This document shows, piece by piece, positions 10,701-19,243 of a stretch of DNA of 20,000 nucleotides. The notes under the pieces are model-generated. The model searched no databases. It saw only the letters and a program-made list of their open reading frames with translations, and was not told where the DNA came from. Each line of letters opens with the position of its first letter. The first letter of the stretch is position 1. The translations under genes and the position numbers were made by a program. Source of the stretch: an uncultured virus (IMG/VR IMGVR_UViG_3300038755_000021) (Duplodnaviria; Heunggongvirae; Uroviricota; Caudoviricetes); IMG/VR virus record IMGVR_UViG_3300038755_000021, positions 52,080-72,079 of that record; one strand, 5' to 3'.

Positions 10701-13700
10701 AATATTAGCTAAAATGTTATGGTTAATGAATGGTGCAGGTGATCCAAATAGAGCATTTGATAAAATAGTATTTGAATCTGTTATTAAAACAGATATCAAT
10801 GAGAAAAAGTTATTATCTATAGATGATATTAATAATTTAGATTTTAAGAAAGTATATTCTTCAATAGAAGAACACTCAGCCGCAGATTATGGTAGACAAC
10901 AAGTTGTACCAACTGATAAACATTATAATAATAAACAGAAATATGGTTCTCAAGCTAGGGTTTCTATAACAGCAGATTTAAATGAAGATGTTGTAGTTAA
11001 TGGTAAAAGTTATACTCCAGCAGAAATTAGAGAGTTACATGACTCTATTTTAGTTGCAAATATTGAAGATTCAAAAGATAAACTTAAAACTAAATTTGCA
11101 AATTTAGATTCTTTTATTAAAGTATTACGTGAAGGAGCTGTAAACAGAAATAAGTCTGTTGATCAGTTAATGGCTTATGAAATACAAGAAGATGGTTATC
11201 CTGCAGTACCAATTGATTATCCTTTGACATCAGTAGAAAATCAAAAATTAGCAAATGCTGAAACAAAGAAAGCTATTATTACACCTGTTCCTGGTGGAAC
11301 ATTTGTAAATAGATCTTCTATAGGTTATGCAGACGATTTAGAAGTAAAAAGAGTTTATAAAAATGGTGTTGCAGTAGCTATTGAATATGTAGAAGTAGCA
11401 ATCCCTGCACATAATAGTGCCTTATTACTATTAGCAGATAAAAATGGTGTAATTGATTTTAAAAAACTAAAAGAAGAATATCCTAATTTTGACAAACTAT
11501 TAGAAGGATTTGGATATAGAATTCCTACAGAGGATAAATATTCAATGTATCCTATAAGAATTAAATATCTTCTTCCTCAAAATACAGATGCTACAATTGT
11601 TCTTCCAAAAGAAGCTCCTACCATTACTGGTTTAGACTTTGACGTAGATAAGATGTTTGTAATGTTTAGAGCCTTTAAAATTAAGAAAGGTAATTTCTCA
11701 ATGTTTACAAAGTCTATTAATGATTATGCTATACAACATAATCTATTAAAAGAAAATGGAGAACCAGTTATATATTCTGAAGAGGAAGCAAGGGATCTTT
11801 TTAATAAAATGTTAATAAATGAACAGTCTAAAACTGAGACTGAAAGGATCTTGATAGATTATATGAAACAAGATTTTAATGAATTAAAAAATCTTATTAA
11901 GATTGAGGAATTAGGATATATAGAACCTAGTATGGATAATACATTATCCAGGCATAATCTTATGATGGATATTATTTTAGCAATTACAAAAACTGAGTCT
12001 TATGCTAAATCATTTCTTGAAGGTGGTAATTCAGATGTATTAGTAGAAAATATTGAAAGATTAAAAGATTTTCCATTAGATAAAAATATTCCAGAGGATG
12101 TAATTGATCCTTTACACCAGGATTATAATTCAAAAAAGGCTATTGTAGGAGGTAATATTATTGGTATTGCTGCTTCACATAATAAACATCATTTTGCAAT
12201 TCAAGGTCAACAATTTAGTTCTCTAAATCCATTAAATTTTTTAGATGGAAAAACATATCGGAGTTTAACAAAACAAGAAGGAGTAGATGGTAGGATATCT
12301 AAATTCATATCTTCAATATTATTTGCTTCTACAGAACATATTAAGAAACCTTTATTAGATCAATTAGGTATAACAGCTCAGAATGTTTCTATATTCATTA
12401 CAGGATTAAGATTGGGAATACCTTTTAGTGAACTTTCTACATTATATAGAAATCCTGCTGTAATAGATTTATTTAATGGTTTAAGTAAAATAAAATTTCC
12501 TACAACTAGAGATTTTGATAATTATATCCGTGATACATATGAATTAGATACTAAATCTATGGGATGGTTTAGAAGTTTAGAAACTCAAGATTTATCTAGT
12601 AAACAATTATTAGAGTCACTTTCTAATAATAACCATGATTTAAATTTAGTAATTTTATCAAAATTACGTACATTATTTGATATTTCAGTTGATTTAGGAG
12701 CAGTAATGAGAGCTGGTAAATTTGATACTGAAGATAGCTTTGGTCCATTATTATATGATAATTTAAAATCTGTAGGTGATATAGAATATATATATAAGAA
12801 AATTAAAGCTAATAAAATATCCTTAAGTGGTATTGAAAATATTTTACCAAACATAGGTGTAGTTGATGATAAATATGTAATGACTCCAAGTAATTTAAAA
12901 CTTAATGATGCATATATATCATTGATTGTGCAACAATTAAATGGATTAAAATCTATATTTGGATTCTTATCTGAAAACTATAACGTGGTAACAGATAAAG
13001 TCTTAGAAGTAACTGGTTTAGAAAGATTTGATGTCAAAAAGTTACAAACTGTACATAATGCTGTTAGAACTGCTATTGCACAACATGTATTAAAGTTCTC
13101 GCATAAAAATGTAGTACAAGTAAATAAAGAGTTTAAGAAAATCAAAAAAGATAAAGTATTTAATGAAAAATATCCTAACTTAATAAAGTTAATAGATATA
13201 AGATCTATAAGAGGTCAGGCTGTTATACAAAAAATAACTCCTTATAAAATTGATAAAGGTACTACGTCTTTAATTAAATCAGAATGGGCAACAGCAATGG
13301 CTGATCCTGTATATTCAGAATTTGCTAGAAATTTAGCAACATATTCTTTGATTACATCTGATTTCTCATTTAGAAAAAATTCTTTTTCTCAATTTGTGCC
13401 TGAATATGAATATTTAACAGGTACAGTTGAAGGTAAAAGAGTTAGGGAGTATTTTAATAAAATTGCAGATGTAACAGCTTTTACAAAAGAAGAGGATGGT
13501 GATTTAGCATTGTTAATAATCCAAAACAAACCTGAACTTACTAGATATATAGATGTAGATAAAGATGCAGATACTGTAGAAAGCTTTAGAATATCTACTG
13601 GAGAAACTTCTTCAGTGCACGTAAAGAATATAATTAAATTAAAAGGTAATGCTAGTGGATACACTAAAGCAAATAGTGAAGAACCACTAGAATATATCCA

Positions 13701-14382
13701 TACTACAGTCTTTTATTTACATAGGAAAGTTCCAATACTTTATAAGTATAATGGTGATAGTGTATATGAAATGGTAATACTACCATCTAATCCTCTTTTA
13801 TATTCTGTATATACTAAAGAAACTGAAGTATTTTATCCACTATTAAAAGTAAATAAAGTTGAAGATAGGGATTTTACTAAAGATAAAGAGTATGAAATGG
13901 GTCCAAGTAAAGAAATGGTAGATGATGGTTTTTTTGTGGATGAACTTGGTGCTACTGATAAAGAACCTGATTTTAGTGATGTTAATGATTTTACAGATGA
14001 GATGGGAGCTACTGATATTAATGATATAATTAATGCAGCAGAAAAGAGTGGTGTTCCTACTAAGATTGTAGATGGATTCTTTACTGAAGAAGAGAGTGCT
14101 CCTGAATCATATTATGAAATAGATCAATATAAAATCAGAATTACACCAGATGGTAAAATGTATTTTAAAAATGGCGAAGAGGTAACTGATACTACAATAC
14201 AAAATAAAGTTTTAGTACAAAAAGAGAGTAAAGAAAAAACAGCTAAAACCTCACATTATAACAAAACAGATTATGTAATATTATCAGATGGTAGAATAAT
14301 ATCTACTGCTAATTTTCAAGAAAAGACCTTCACTGAGCAAGTAAGAACTTTTATTATTAAGAATGCTAAAAAAATGTGTTAA
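7714..14382 (+). CDS. Virion-packaged DNA-dependent RNA polymerase, crAss-like/phi14:2 gp66 family (C-terminal part of the giant gene)
   Basis: 2139-aa ORF whose frame is open from 7714. TDGQG at 10402-10416, GYRIPT at 11512-11529, catalytic DFDVD(K) at 11635-11649, matching the DFDID variant of the two-barrel RNAP DxDGD loop known from crAss-like phages. Confidence 0.92.
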   Translation, partial: RVETEGFGALKPIYNFYENTVTNILNKTYGKDNVKLITDEYGNTWNEITINEKSLDTIRLSTKQNSFYQKQNPLVRLEEKLAEMFEDFSVENVGIVSSEFKKAYPEISKFFDEIYKFIYDVYRRLKPYFTDKLSIQDIFYQLEKNTFNKKIFNERLTSYQKLSQYTPKFKIDTLNPIEVKRYSRFIATDTLEQALWKYEATNVNGEIKSKYGFLNDLTKVKRNEFLQDFIDKLDTLVANHFKELGNPEVGAKISETLKSNKVEFLKYILQDINTLYDTHYYMEETEEDGEKINLIRETNVNPTQNIKGKLKEYLHRIPIRTKVNGQYQEVIDEDFGIEKRHDFEQVYNRLLQGLSDNPTPEMFWEKLQDLATKFDWADHVNEHIKATFIDSPIESELFRVLYAKTGGMRNINFISETRKKGSSKFFEAGKRNVANELIGLLSEKFDNGEADVAELKKLKDTVKDGKLSEKDIYPLLTNFGFDITEDEASYLFSEDKHNIQTFFNFLVKNIDDKNFHPFRSRDNELNKISRKMANLVAKLPSKHTMTVLTVKNENEYIHQANNFVSKFFAKLKVNSQELYNRAQGSLIHEGISLYNSLTGQQFRDKFNIQYDLGFKEAGRGDGVEYKEYLFSDLLTHDFNAYLTQVAEDKRIRVPLPTFSDATSRAYLVAPSKSDVERLTVPLVKAEMERIKYCRKNKTGYRNFDINGTHFVIFPFLEKYSKTLFNTNPDLLDDYIEGLLKDHISDRIKLYTDTLVKEGVLEYVEDKDKHLVLTPTDNVAKNLISGKSLKLVIEKYYKNRWFYNNQLIPMLAGDPAFYGNYKSSKSKYDYKKISDSLLKRMKELHSPKEDAIIVDDNNNPKTIRQLVIADIFKDSSEEEIAEFKQIFPGLKWEGHNLTDGQGITTLDFNRQVRSAYGELNKEDLAEYEKIKAGKHGKTTPGFTKPYYYNLETRDNLLYPLQEKSSEFPLIPAEAFLTKNGKVEFPGSPTDFNKYARPILAKMLWLMNGAGDPNRAFDKIVFESVIKTDINEKKLLSIDDINNLDFKKVYSSIEEHSAADYGRQQVVPTDKHYNNKQKYGSQARVSITADLNEDVVVNGKSYTPAEIRELHDSILVANIEDSKDKLKTKFANLDSFIKVLREGAVNRNKSVDQLMAYEIQEDGYPAVPIDYPLTSVENQKLANAETKKAIITPVPGGTFVNRSSIGYADDLEVKRVYKNGVAVAIEYVEVAIPAHNSALLLLADKNGVIDFKKLKEEYPNFDKLLEGFGYRIPTEDKYSMYPIRIKYLLPQNTDATIVLPKEAPTITGLDFDVDKMFVMFRAFKIKKGNFSMFTKSINDYAIQHNLLKENGEPVIYSEEEARDLFNKMLINEQSKTETERILIDYMKQDFNELKNLIKIEELGYIEPSMDNTLSRHNLMMDIILAITKTESYAKSFLEGGNSDVLVENIERLKDFPLDKNIPEDVIDPLHQDYNSKKAIVGGNIIGIAASHNKHHFAIQGQQFSSLNPLNFLDGKTYRSLTKQEGVDGRISKFISSILFASTEHIKKPLLDQLGITAQNVSIFITGLRLGIPFSELSTLYRNPAVIDLFNGLSKIKFPTTRDFDNYIRDTYELDTKSMGWFRSLETQDLSSKQLLESLSNNNHDLNLVILSKLRTLFDISVDLGAVMRAGKFDTEDSFGPLLYDNLKSVGDIEYIYKKIKANKISLSGIENILPNIGVVDDKYVMTPSNLKLNDAYISLIVQQLNGLKSIFGFLSENYNVVTDKVLEVTGLERFDVKKLQTVHNAVRTAIAQHVLKFSHKNVVQVNKEFKKIKKDKVFNEKYPNLIKLIDIRSIRGQAVIQKITPYKIDKGTTSLIKSEWATAMADPVYSEFARNLATYSLITSDFSFRKNSFSQFVPEYEYLTGTVEGKRVREYFNKIADVTAFTKEEDGDLALLIIQNKPELTRYIDVDKDADTVESFRISTGETSSVHVKNIIKLKGNASGYTKANSEEPLEYIHTTVFYLHRKVPILYKYNGDSVYEMVILPSNPLLYSVYTKETEVFYPLLKVNKVEDRDFTKDKEYEMGPSKEMVDDGFFVDELGATDKEPDFSDVNDFTDEMGATDINDIINAAEKSGVPTKIVDGFFTEEESAPESYYEIDQYKIRITPDGKMYFKNGEEVTDTTIQNKVLVQKESKEKTAKTSHYNKTDYVILSDGRIISTANFQEKTFTEQVRTFIIKNAKKMC
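13921..14100 (+). repeat. Acidic low-complexity linker with short internal repeats
   Basis: DELGATD / DEMGATD and DGFFVDE / DGFFTEE repeats in a D/E-rich stretch. Confidence 0.7.
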
Positions 14383-14564
14383 TGGTTTGTGATATAAATT
14401 CATTTAGAGTATCTACTGAGAGAAAGGTTACTGCTGCTGTAAAAGAGATTGGTTATGATATTGAGCATAGTCAATTTGAGAGATCTGGTGCTAATAAACG
14501 TGCAGCAGATACCAATGAAATGTTAGGTTTTGTTGGAGTATATTTAGACATTTACCTAATATAG
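14382..14564 (+). CDS. Short ORF (MVCDINSF...), probably the true N-terminus of the downstream giant protein, separated by a frameshift
   Basis: ATG at 14382 overlaps the RNAP stop (TAATG). The downstream gene's frame is open from 14519 and overlaps this ORF. Confidence 0.6.
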   Translation: MVCDINSFRVSTERKVTAAVKEIGYDIEHSQFERSGANKRAADTNEMLGFVGVYLDIYLI

Positions 14565-14650
14565 AGAAACAAGCTGGTGCTGAATTTGATCTTCAAGCAA
14601 GATTAGAAAGAGAAGCTACTACTCCAGATGAACAGTTATTTCAGATAGAC

Positions 14651-17600
14651 ATGGATAAAACCAGAAAATCTGTAAACTTCAAATTAGAGAAATTCATAAA
14701 GGAAATGTTATCTAAGTTAGGAGTATCTGTTAAAAACCTAGATGAATTTAAAATAAGATATAAAGAGAAAACAGGTAAAGATATATCTGTAGTATCTGTT
14801 GCTGATATATTTGAAAACATAATATATATAGCAAATGATAAAAGAGATGGTACTACTTTATCTGAAGAAGCAATGCACTTTATTGTGGATATGTTTTGGG
14901 ATAACCCTCTTATCCAGGATATATTAACATTATCTTCTGATGGAGTAAATCTTGACTATCAAAAAACAGAAACATATGAAGAAGTGTTTGTTCTTTATAA
15001 TAAGATGTATAAAGGAGATCAAACTAAAATAAATAAAGAAGTAATTGCTAAATTATTAGCAAGAACAATATATGATCAATTTTATAAACAAAGTAAAACA
15101 ACAAAAATATTAAAAGCTTTAGAAAGAATTTTAAGATTATTTTTAGGTAGAGTTTTTAGAAATATAAGATTAACAAGAGAAATAACTCCTGATGGAATTA
15201 CTGATCAATTAAATCAGTTATTAGATAGAAAAGTAACTGATATCAGATCAGAACCATTTAATACAGGATTATCTGCAAGATTAAAAACAGAAGGTAATGT
15301 AGCTGTACCAGAATCTAACTTTTCAGAGAAAGCAATTTTAAAACTTATTAAGTATTTGAAATCTAGGAAGAAAAGTTATTTAGAAGAGAAGACTGGTTTA
15401 TATGATGAGATATTAAAAAATAGAGCAGTTAAATTAGTTAACTTAATAGGAAAAAAGAAATTAAATGAATATATAGATATGTTGGCTGCATTAAGAGCTA
15501 ATCCTAATCCTACTCCTCTAGAACAAGTAAGAATTGATGAATTAAAAGAATTAATTAATCTTGTTAAGATGGATGCTAGAGATGCAGCAAATATACAAAG
15601 GATTGAAAAAATTGATAAATCTTTAGCTTTATTAAATGCTCAAGTAAAGAAACATAACTTTGAAGCTGGTATATTTATGTTTTTCTTTGGTCCAGATGGT
15701 ACAGGAGAAGGTGGAGCAATAGAAGATATTGATAATGTTATGAAGGCAATTGATGGAATTAAAAATCCTGATCCAAATAAACCAATAGTATTTGACTTAG
15801 AATTATATGCTAAAATAGTGCAGTCTTCTTCTATATATGGACCAATGATAAAGACCTTAAATGATTTATATCATGGTGGATTTACTTTTTCAGAATTATC
15901 TGCAGAGAATAATAAGAAATTAAAAGAAACATTATCTACTCTTAAAGTAAATAAAATAGATAACATTGAAAGATTTTTGGTTTCTCAAACTACTACCCAA
16001 TTAAAAAACTTATTTGCAGAGTATCAAGATATAAATCCTCAGTTAAAATATAGAATGCAGGATGAAGTTATTAAGTTATTTAATACTGGAGCATTAGCTT
16101 ATCAATGGGGTGCAGCACAAGGAGCTAAAGAAGATACTCTTGGTATATTTAATAAAATGATATTTGATATACAAAATAAAATACACAGATTAACTAATGA
16201 AACTGGAGTAGACTTATGGAATAAAATAAAAGATTTATCTGTAAATTATAAAGACTTAATGCAAGGTCATTATTGGTTAAATCCTTTTAATATTACAAAA
16301 TGGGAAAAAGCAAGAGAAGAAGCTTATGTTGGTATTATTGCAAAAACAGAAGCATTTTCTAAATCAAAAGGTTTTAATATAAAAATACCAAAAAACAGTG
16401 CATTAAGAGATGAATTATTTGCTGCTGCAAGTTTTGAAAATTCTGAAAATTTATCTGCTTATCAAGTTCATATTAAAGCTTTACATGCTTATTACAATAG
16501 ACAATGGAGAAATTGGTTTAATAAGAATACTCAGGTACATCCTGATTTAACTAATATAATAAAGAGAAAGCAATCTTCTATGAACAAAGCTCAATTTGAG
16601 TTTTGGAAATCTAAAAATATAAAAACTTCAACATATTTAAATGAAGATGGAGAGCTAATTGAAGATACATATTATACTGGTGAACTTTCAGTACCATCTT
16701 CTGGTAAAAATGGTACAGTAGATTATACAGATCCTAACTTTGAAAAACTAAGAACAGAACAACCAGATGCATTTAAAGTTCTACAATTATTAAAAGAACA
16801 ACATCTTAAAGCTCTAGAGAAAGTTCCTGGATATATGAGTTATGAGATAATGAATAGATTACCACAAATAACACAAACAATATCAGATATTGCATATAGA
16901 GGATTTGGAGATGTTAAGGGTATAGGAGATAAGATTACAGATCCATTTATGGATAAAGTAGATGATCCATTACATGCTGAAAGAGAAGATATATTTGGTA
17001 CAGAACAAATTGTAGAGAGGCCAGCAATTAAATATATATCTAAAATTGAACACCCTGAAGCTATTAGTGCTGATTTATTTAGAACAGTATTATTATTTAC
17101 AGAGATGTCAAATAACTATACTGAATTCATGGCTAAACTTCCAGAATTAAATGGTATAATAGAAGTTGTAAGAAGAGCTGAAAGAGTAGAGCCATTGGGT
17201 ACTGGTAAACCAGATTATCTTACAGATAAATTTGAACAATTAAAAAGAAGACATGTTCAAGGTGAAATCTTTGAAACTAAACATAAAGGTTTAACAAAAG
17301 TATTACAAACACTAAGACAATATATCATATCTAGGAACTTGAAAGGAAATATGGTTTCTGTAATGGTGGGTTATGTATCAGGACAAATTGAAAGTTGGAT
17401 TGAGAAGTTATTAGGTGTACATGTTAATAGAGATACCTCTGCATTTAAAGAGTTTGTTAAAAATGCTCCACAAATGTTATTAGATTTTAATTCTCCAAGT
17501 AAAAAATCTAAAGTAGCAGTTATAATGCAAGATATGGGATTATTAGATTCCATTGAATTCTTATTTGAACATACCAATGAAAATGCAATATTAAGAAGTG

Positions 17601-18772
17601 CTGGTAAATTATTAGATTGGGGAGCGTGGAGAGCTGCAGATTTAGTTCTAAAAGGTGAAGCAATGATTAATGTTGCATCTGATCTTAGGTTTATAGAGGG
17701 TAAAATGTATTCTAAAAATCAATGGAGTACTTTTATCAAAGAAAATCCAAAAAGAACTTTTGCTGAATATGAATCTGCAAAGACAATGTATGATCATATT
17801 ACTATAAATGAAGGTAAAGCTGTATATGATCCTAACATAAAGAAAGAAGATATAGATAAATTTATAGCGAAGGTAAAAGTATTATCTTCCAGGCTAGATT
17901 CTCAGCCATTAAACATAGATAAAGCTGCTGCTGCAAGTAACATTTTTTTACAATTTACAACTACCCATACTGGATGGTTATTTCAAATGTTTGAGAGGGG
18001 ATTTAAAAGAGAGCATTTTAATTACTTAACTCAGGAAAATGAAGTTGGATGGTGGAGAGCATTACAAAGCACTGGTATATGGAATCCTGCAAAATGGATA
18101 TATATTAGAGAAGTGTATGCTGAATCCACACCCCAAGAACAAGAAGGTATTAAAAGAATACTATTAATGTCAGCTTCATTATCATTAACATTTGCAGCAG
18201 CTTATGTTTTAGCAGGTTTATCATTGGGGGATGATGATGGTGAAGATTCTGCTTTACAATATGCAGCATATGTACTATCTAGAGCATTAATGGAGCAAGA
18301 AGCTAGATTGTCTTTAGCAGATGTTATTAGATATTTGGAATCTCCATTATCTGGTTTATCTAGTTTAGATGATTATTTTACATTAATAATGTTACCAATA
18401 AGATTAATGACAGATGGTTCTGATGTAGTTGAAGATGGTATATATGAAGGTTACACTAAAACACAAAAAGATGTAATAAAAAGTGTTCCTGCATTAAAAG
18501 GTTGGTTTGAAACTGCTTATGGTGGTTATATAAATCAAGCAGTTGGTAAACCAGCTACTAATATAGGTAAGTCTTTAAAGGATAAAAATGATTATATTAA
18601 AAATCAATTACTTAATCAGTCTACTGCATTATCTCCATTATCTTTACCGCTTGGTTTACCAGTTAAGGCTATTACTAAATTTACAGTAGCTCAACCTATG
18701 GCAACAGTATTAACTGATTACCCAAAGTCATCTGGACCAGTAAATTTACCAACTAAAAAAGCTAATGATTAA
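14651..18772 (+). CDS. Giant crAss-like virion cargo/ejection protein with degenerate zincin domain and C-terminal hydrophobic helices
   Basis: 1373-aa ORF, frame open upstream to 14519. EEAMH at 14864-14878 with a downstream KEVIAKLLA helix (E at 15038). Hydrophobic segment ILLMSASLSLTFAAAYVLAGLSLG at 18158-18229 followed by DDD. Lies directly after the RNAP. Confidence 0.8.
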   Translation: MDKTRKSVNFKLEKFIKEMLSKLGVSVKNLDEFKIRYKEKTGKDISVVSVADIFENIIYIANDKRDGTTLSEEAMHFIVDMFWDNPLIQDILTLSSDGVNLDYQKTETYEEVFVLYNKMYKGDQTKINKEVIAKLLARTIYDQFYKQSKTTKILKALERILRLFLGRVFRNIRLTREITPDGITDQLNQLLDRKVTDIRSEPFNTGLSARLKTEGNVAVPESNFSEKAILKLIKYLKSRKKSYLEEKTGLYDEILKNRAVKLVNLIGKKKLNEYIDMLAALRANPNPTPLEQVRIDELKELINLVKMDARDAANIQRIEKIDKSLALLNAQVKKHNFEAGIFMFFFGPDGTGEGGAIEDIDNVMKAIDGIKNPDPNKPIVFDLELYAKIVQSSSIYGPMIKTLNDLYHGGFTFSELSAENNKKLKETLSTLKVNKIDNIERFLVSQTTTQLKNLFAEYQDINPQLKYRMQDEVIKLFNTGALAYQWGAAQGAKEDTLGIFNKMIFDIQNKIHRLTNETGVDLWNKIKDLSVNYKDLMQGHYWLNPFNITKWEKAREEAYVGIIAKTEAFSKSKGFNIKIPKNSALRDELFAAASFENSENLSAYQVHIKALHAYYNRQWRNWFNKNTQVHPDLTNIIKRKQSSMNKAQFEFWKSKNIKTSTYLNEDGELIEDTYYTGELSVPSSGKNGTVDYTDPNFEKLRTEQPDAFKVLQLLKEQHLKALEKVPGYMSYEIMNRLPQITQTISDIAYRGFGDVKGIGDKITDPFMDKVDDPLHAEREDIFGTEQIVERPAIKYISKIEHPEAISADLFRTVLLFTEMSNNYTEFMAKLPELNGIIEVVRRAERVEPLGTGKPDYLTDKFEQLKRRHVQGEIFETKHKGLTKVLQTLRQYIISRNLKGNMVSVMVGYVSGQIESWIEKLLGVHVNRDTSAFKEFVKNAPQMLLDFNSPSKKSKVAVIMQDMGLLDSIEFLFEHTNENAILRSAGKLLDWGAWRAADLVLKGEAMINVASDLRFIEGKMYSKNQWSTFIKENPKRTFAEYESAKTMYDHITINEGKAVYDPNIKKEDIDKFIAKVKVLSSRLDSQPLNIDKAAAASNIFLQFTTTHTGWLFQMFERGFKREHFNYLTQENEVGWWRALQSTGIWNPAKWIYIREVYAESTPQEQEGIKRILLMSASLSLTFAAAYVLAGLSLGDDDGEDSALQYAAYVLSRALMEQEARLSLADVIRYLESPLSGLSSLDDYFTLIMLPIRLMTDGSDVVEDGIYEGYTKTQKDVIKSVPALKGWFETAYGGYINQAVGKPATNIGKSLKDKNDYIKNQLLNQSTALSPLSLPLGLPVKAITKFTVAQPMATVLTDYPKSSGPVNLPTKKAND

Positions 18773-19122
18773 GATGCAGTGATTGAAGAAACCATAACAA
18801 AGAAAGATATGTTCCAATTTGTAGTAAATCCTACTCTGTTTAAGTATTTTTTACGTTCTTCTTCAGGTATTTTTTTATCATATTTCCAGGGATCTACATA
18901 GGTAATATTATATCTTCTCCAAGACCATATAATAGTATCACCTTCTTTACTACCATTACCTCCTATTTCTGCTCTGACATAGGGTAAACCAGAACCTTTT
19001 ACTTTATGATTTAACATAGCATATCCTAAAAGACCTTCCTGATCTTTATAGTTTAAGTAGATTGGAAGTATTTTACCTGCTTTTACTTGATGAATTGTGG
19101 GTTCTTTGTAATATTTTTTCAT
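18769..19122 (-). CDS. Hypothetical protein (117 aa)
   Basis: Stand-alone minus-strand ORF not shadowed by a + strand gene, with an AT-rich leader; its stop overlaps that of the convergent gene (TTAA). Confidence 0.75.
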   Translation of the reverse strand: MKKYYKEPTIHQVKAGKILPIYLNYKDQEGLLGYAMLNHKVKGSGLPYVRAEIGGNGSKEGDTIIWSWRRYNITYVDPWKYDKKIPEEERKKYLNRVGFTTNWNISFFVMVSSITAS

Positions 19123-19133
19123 ATAAATAGCTA

Positions 19134-19141
19134 TAGTTTTG
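19134..19141 (+). promoter_or_regulatory. Candidate Bacteroidetes sigma-A -7 element (TAnnTTTG)
   Basis: TAGTTTTG(C) is an exact consensus match in the only real intergenic region, ~100 nt upstream of ATG 19244. The nearest upstream TTTG (19105-19108) is 25 nt away, longer than typical. Confidence 0.35.
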
Positions 19142-19156
19142 CGACTTTATTTACTG

Positions 19157-19166
19157 TAAAAATACG
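19157..19166 (-). promoter_or_regulatory. Candidate -7-like element for the minus-strand gene
   Basis: The minus strand reads CGTATTTTTA (TAnnTTTA, one mismatch to TAnnTTTG), ~35 nt upstream of ATG 19122. Confidence 0.3.
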
Positions 19167-19243
19167 TAATTATTTTCATATTTTTAAAATTATTTCTAAT
19201 TTTATGGTCCCTTGTAAGAGGTGTCCTTATTTAATAAGAGTTT

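Noticed and set aside
11635..11649. Cellular rpoC
   Set aside because: Lacks NADFDGD and other beta-prime motifs; context and the DFDVD variant fit the crAss-like phage enzyme.
1431..17577. Minus-strand ORFs at 1431, 3086, 4271, 5075, 10551, 12585, 13389 and 17371
   Set aside because: Antisense shadows of the giant + strand genes, with the S/L/I/F-rich composition expected from reverse-complemented K/E/D/N codons.
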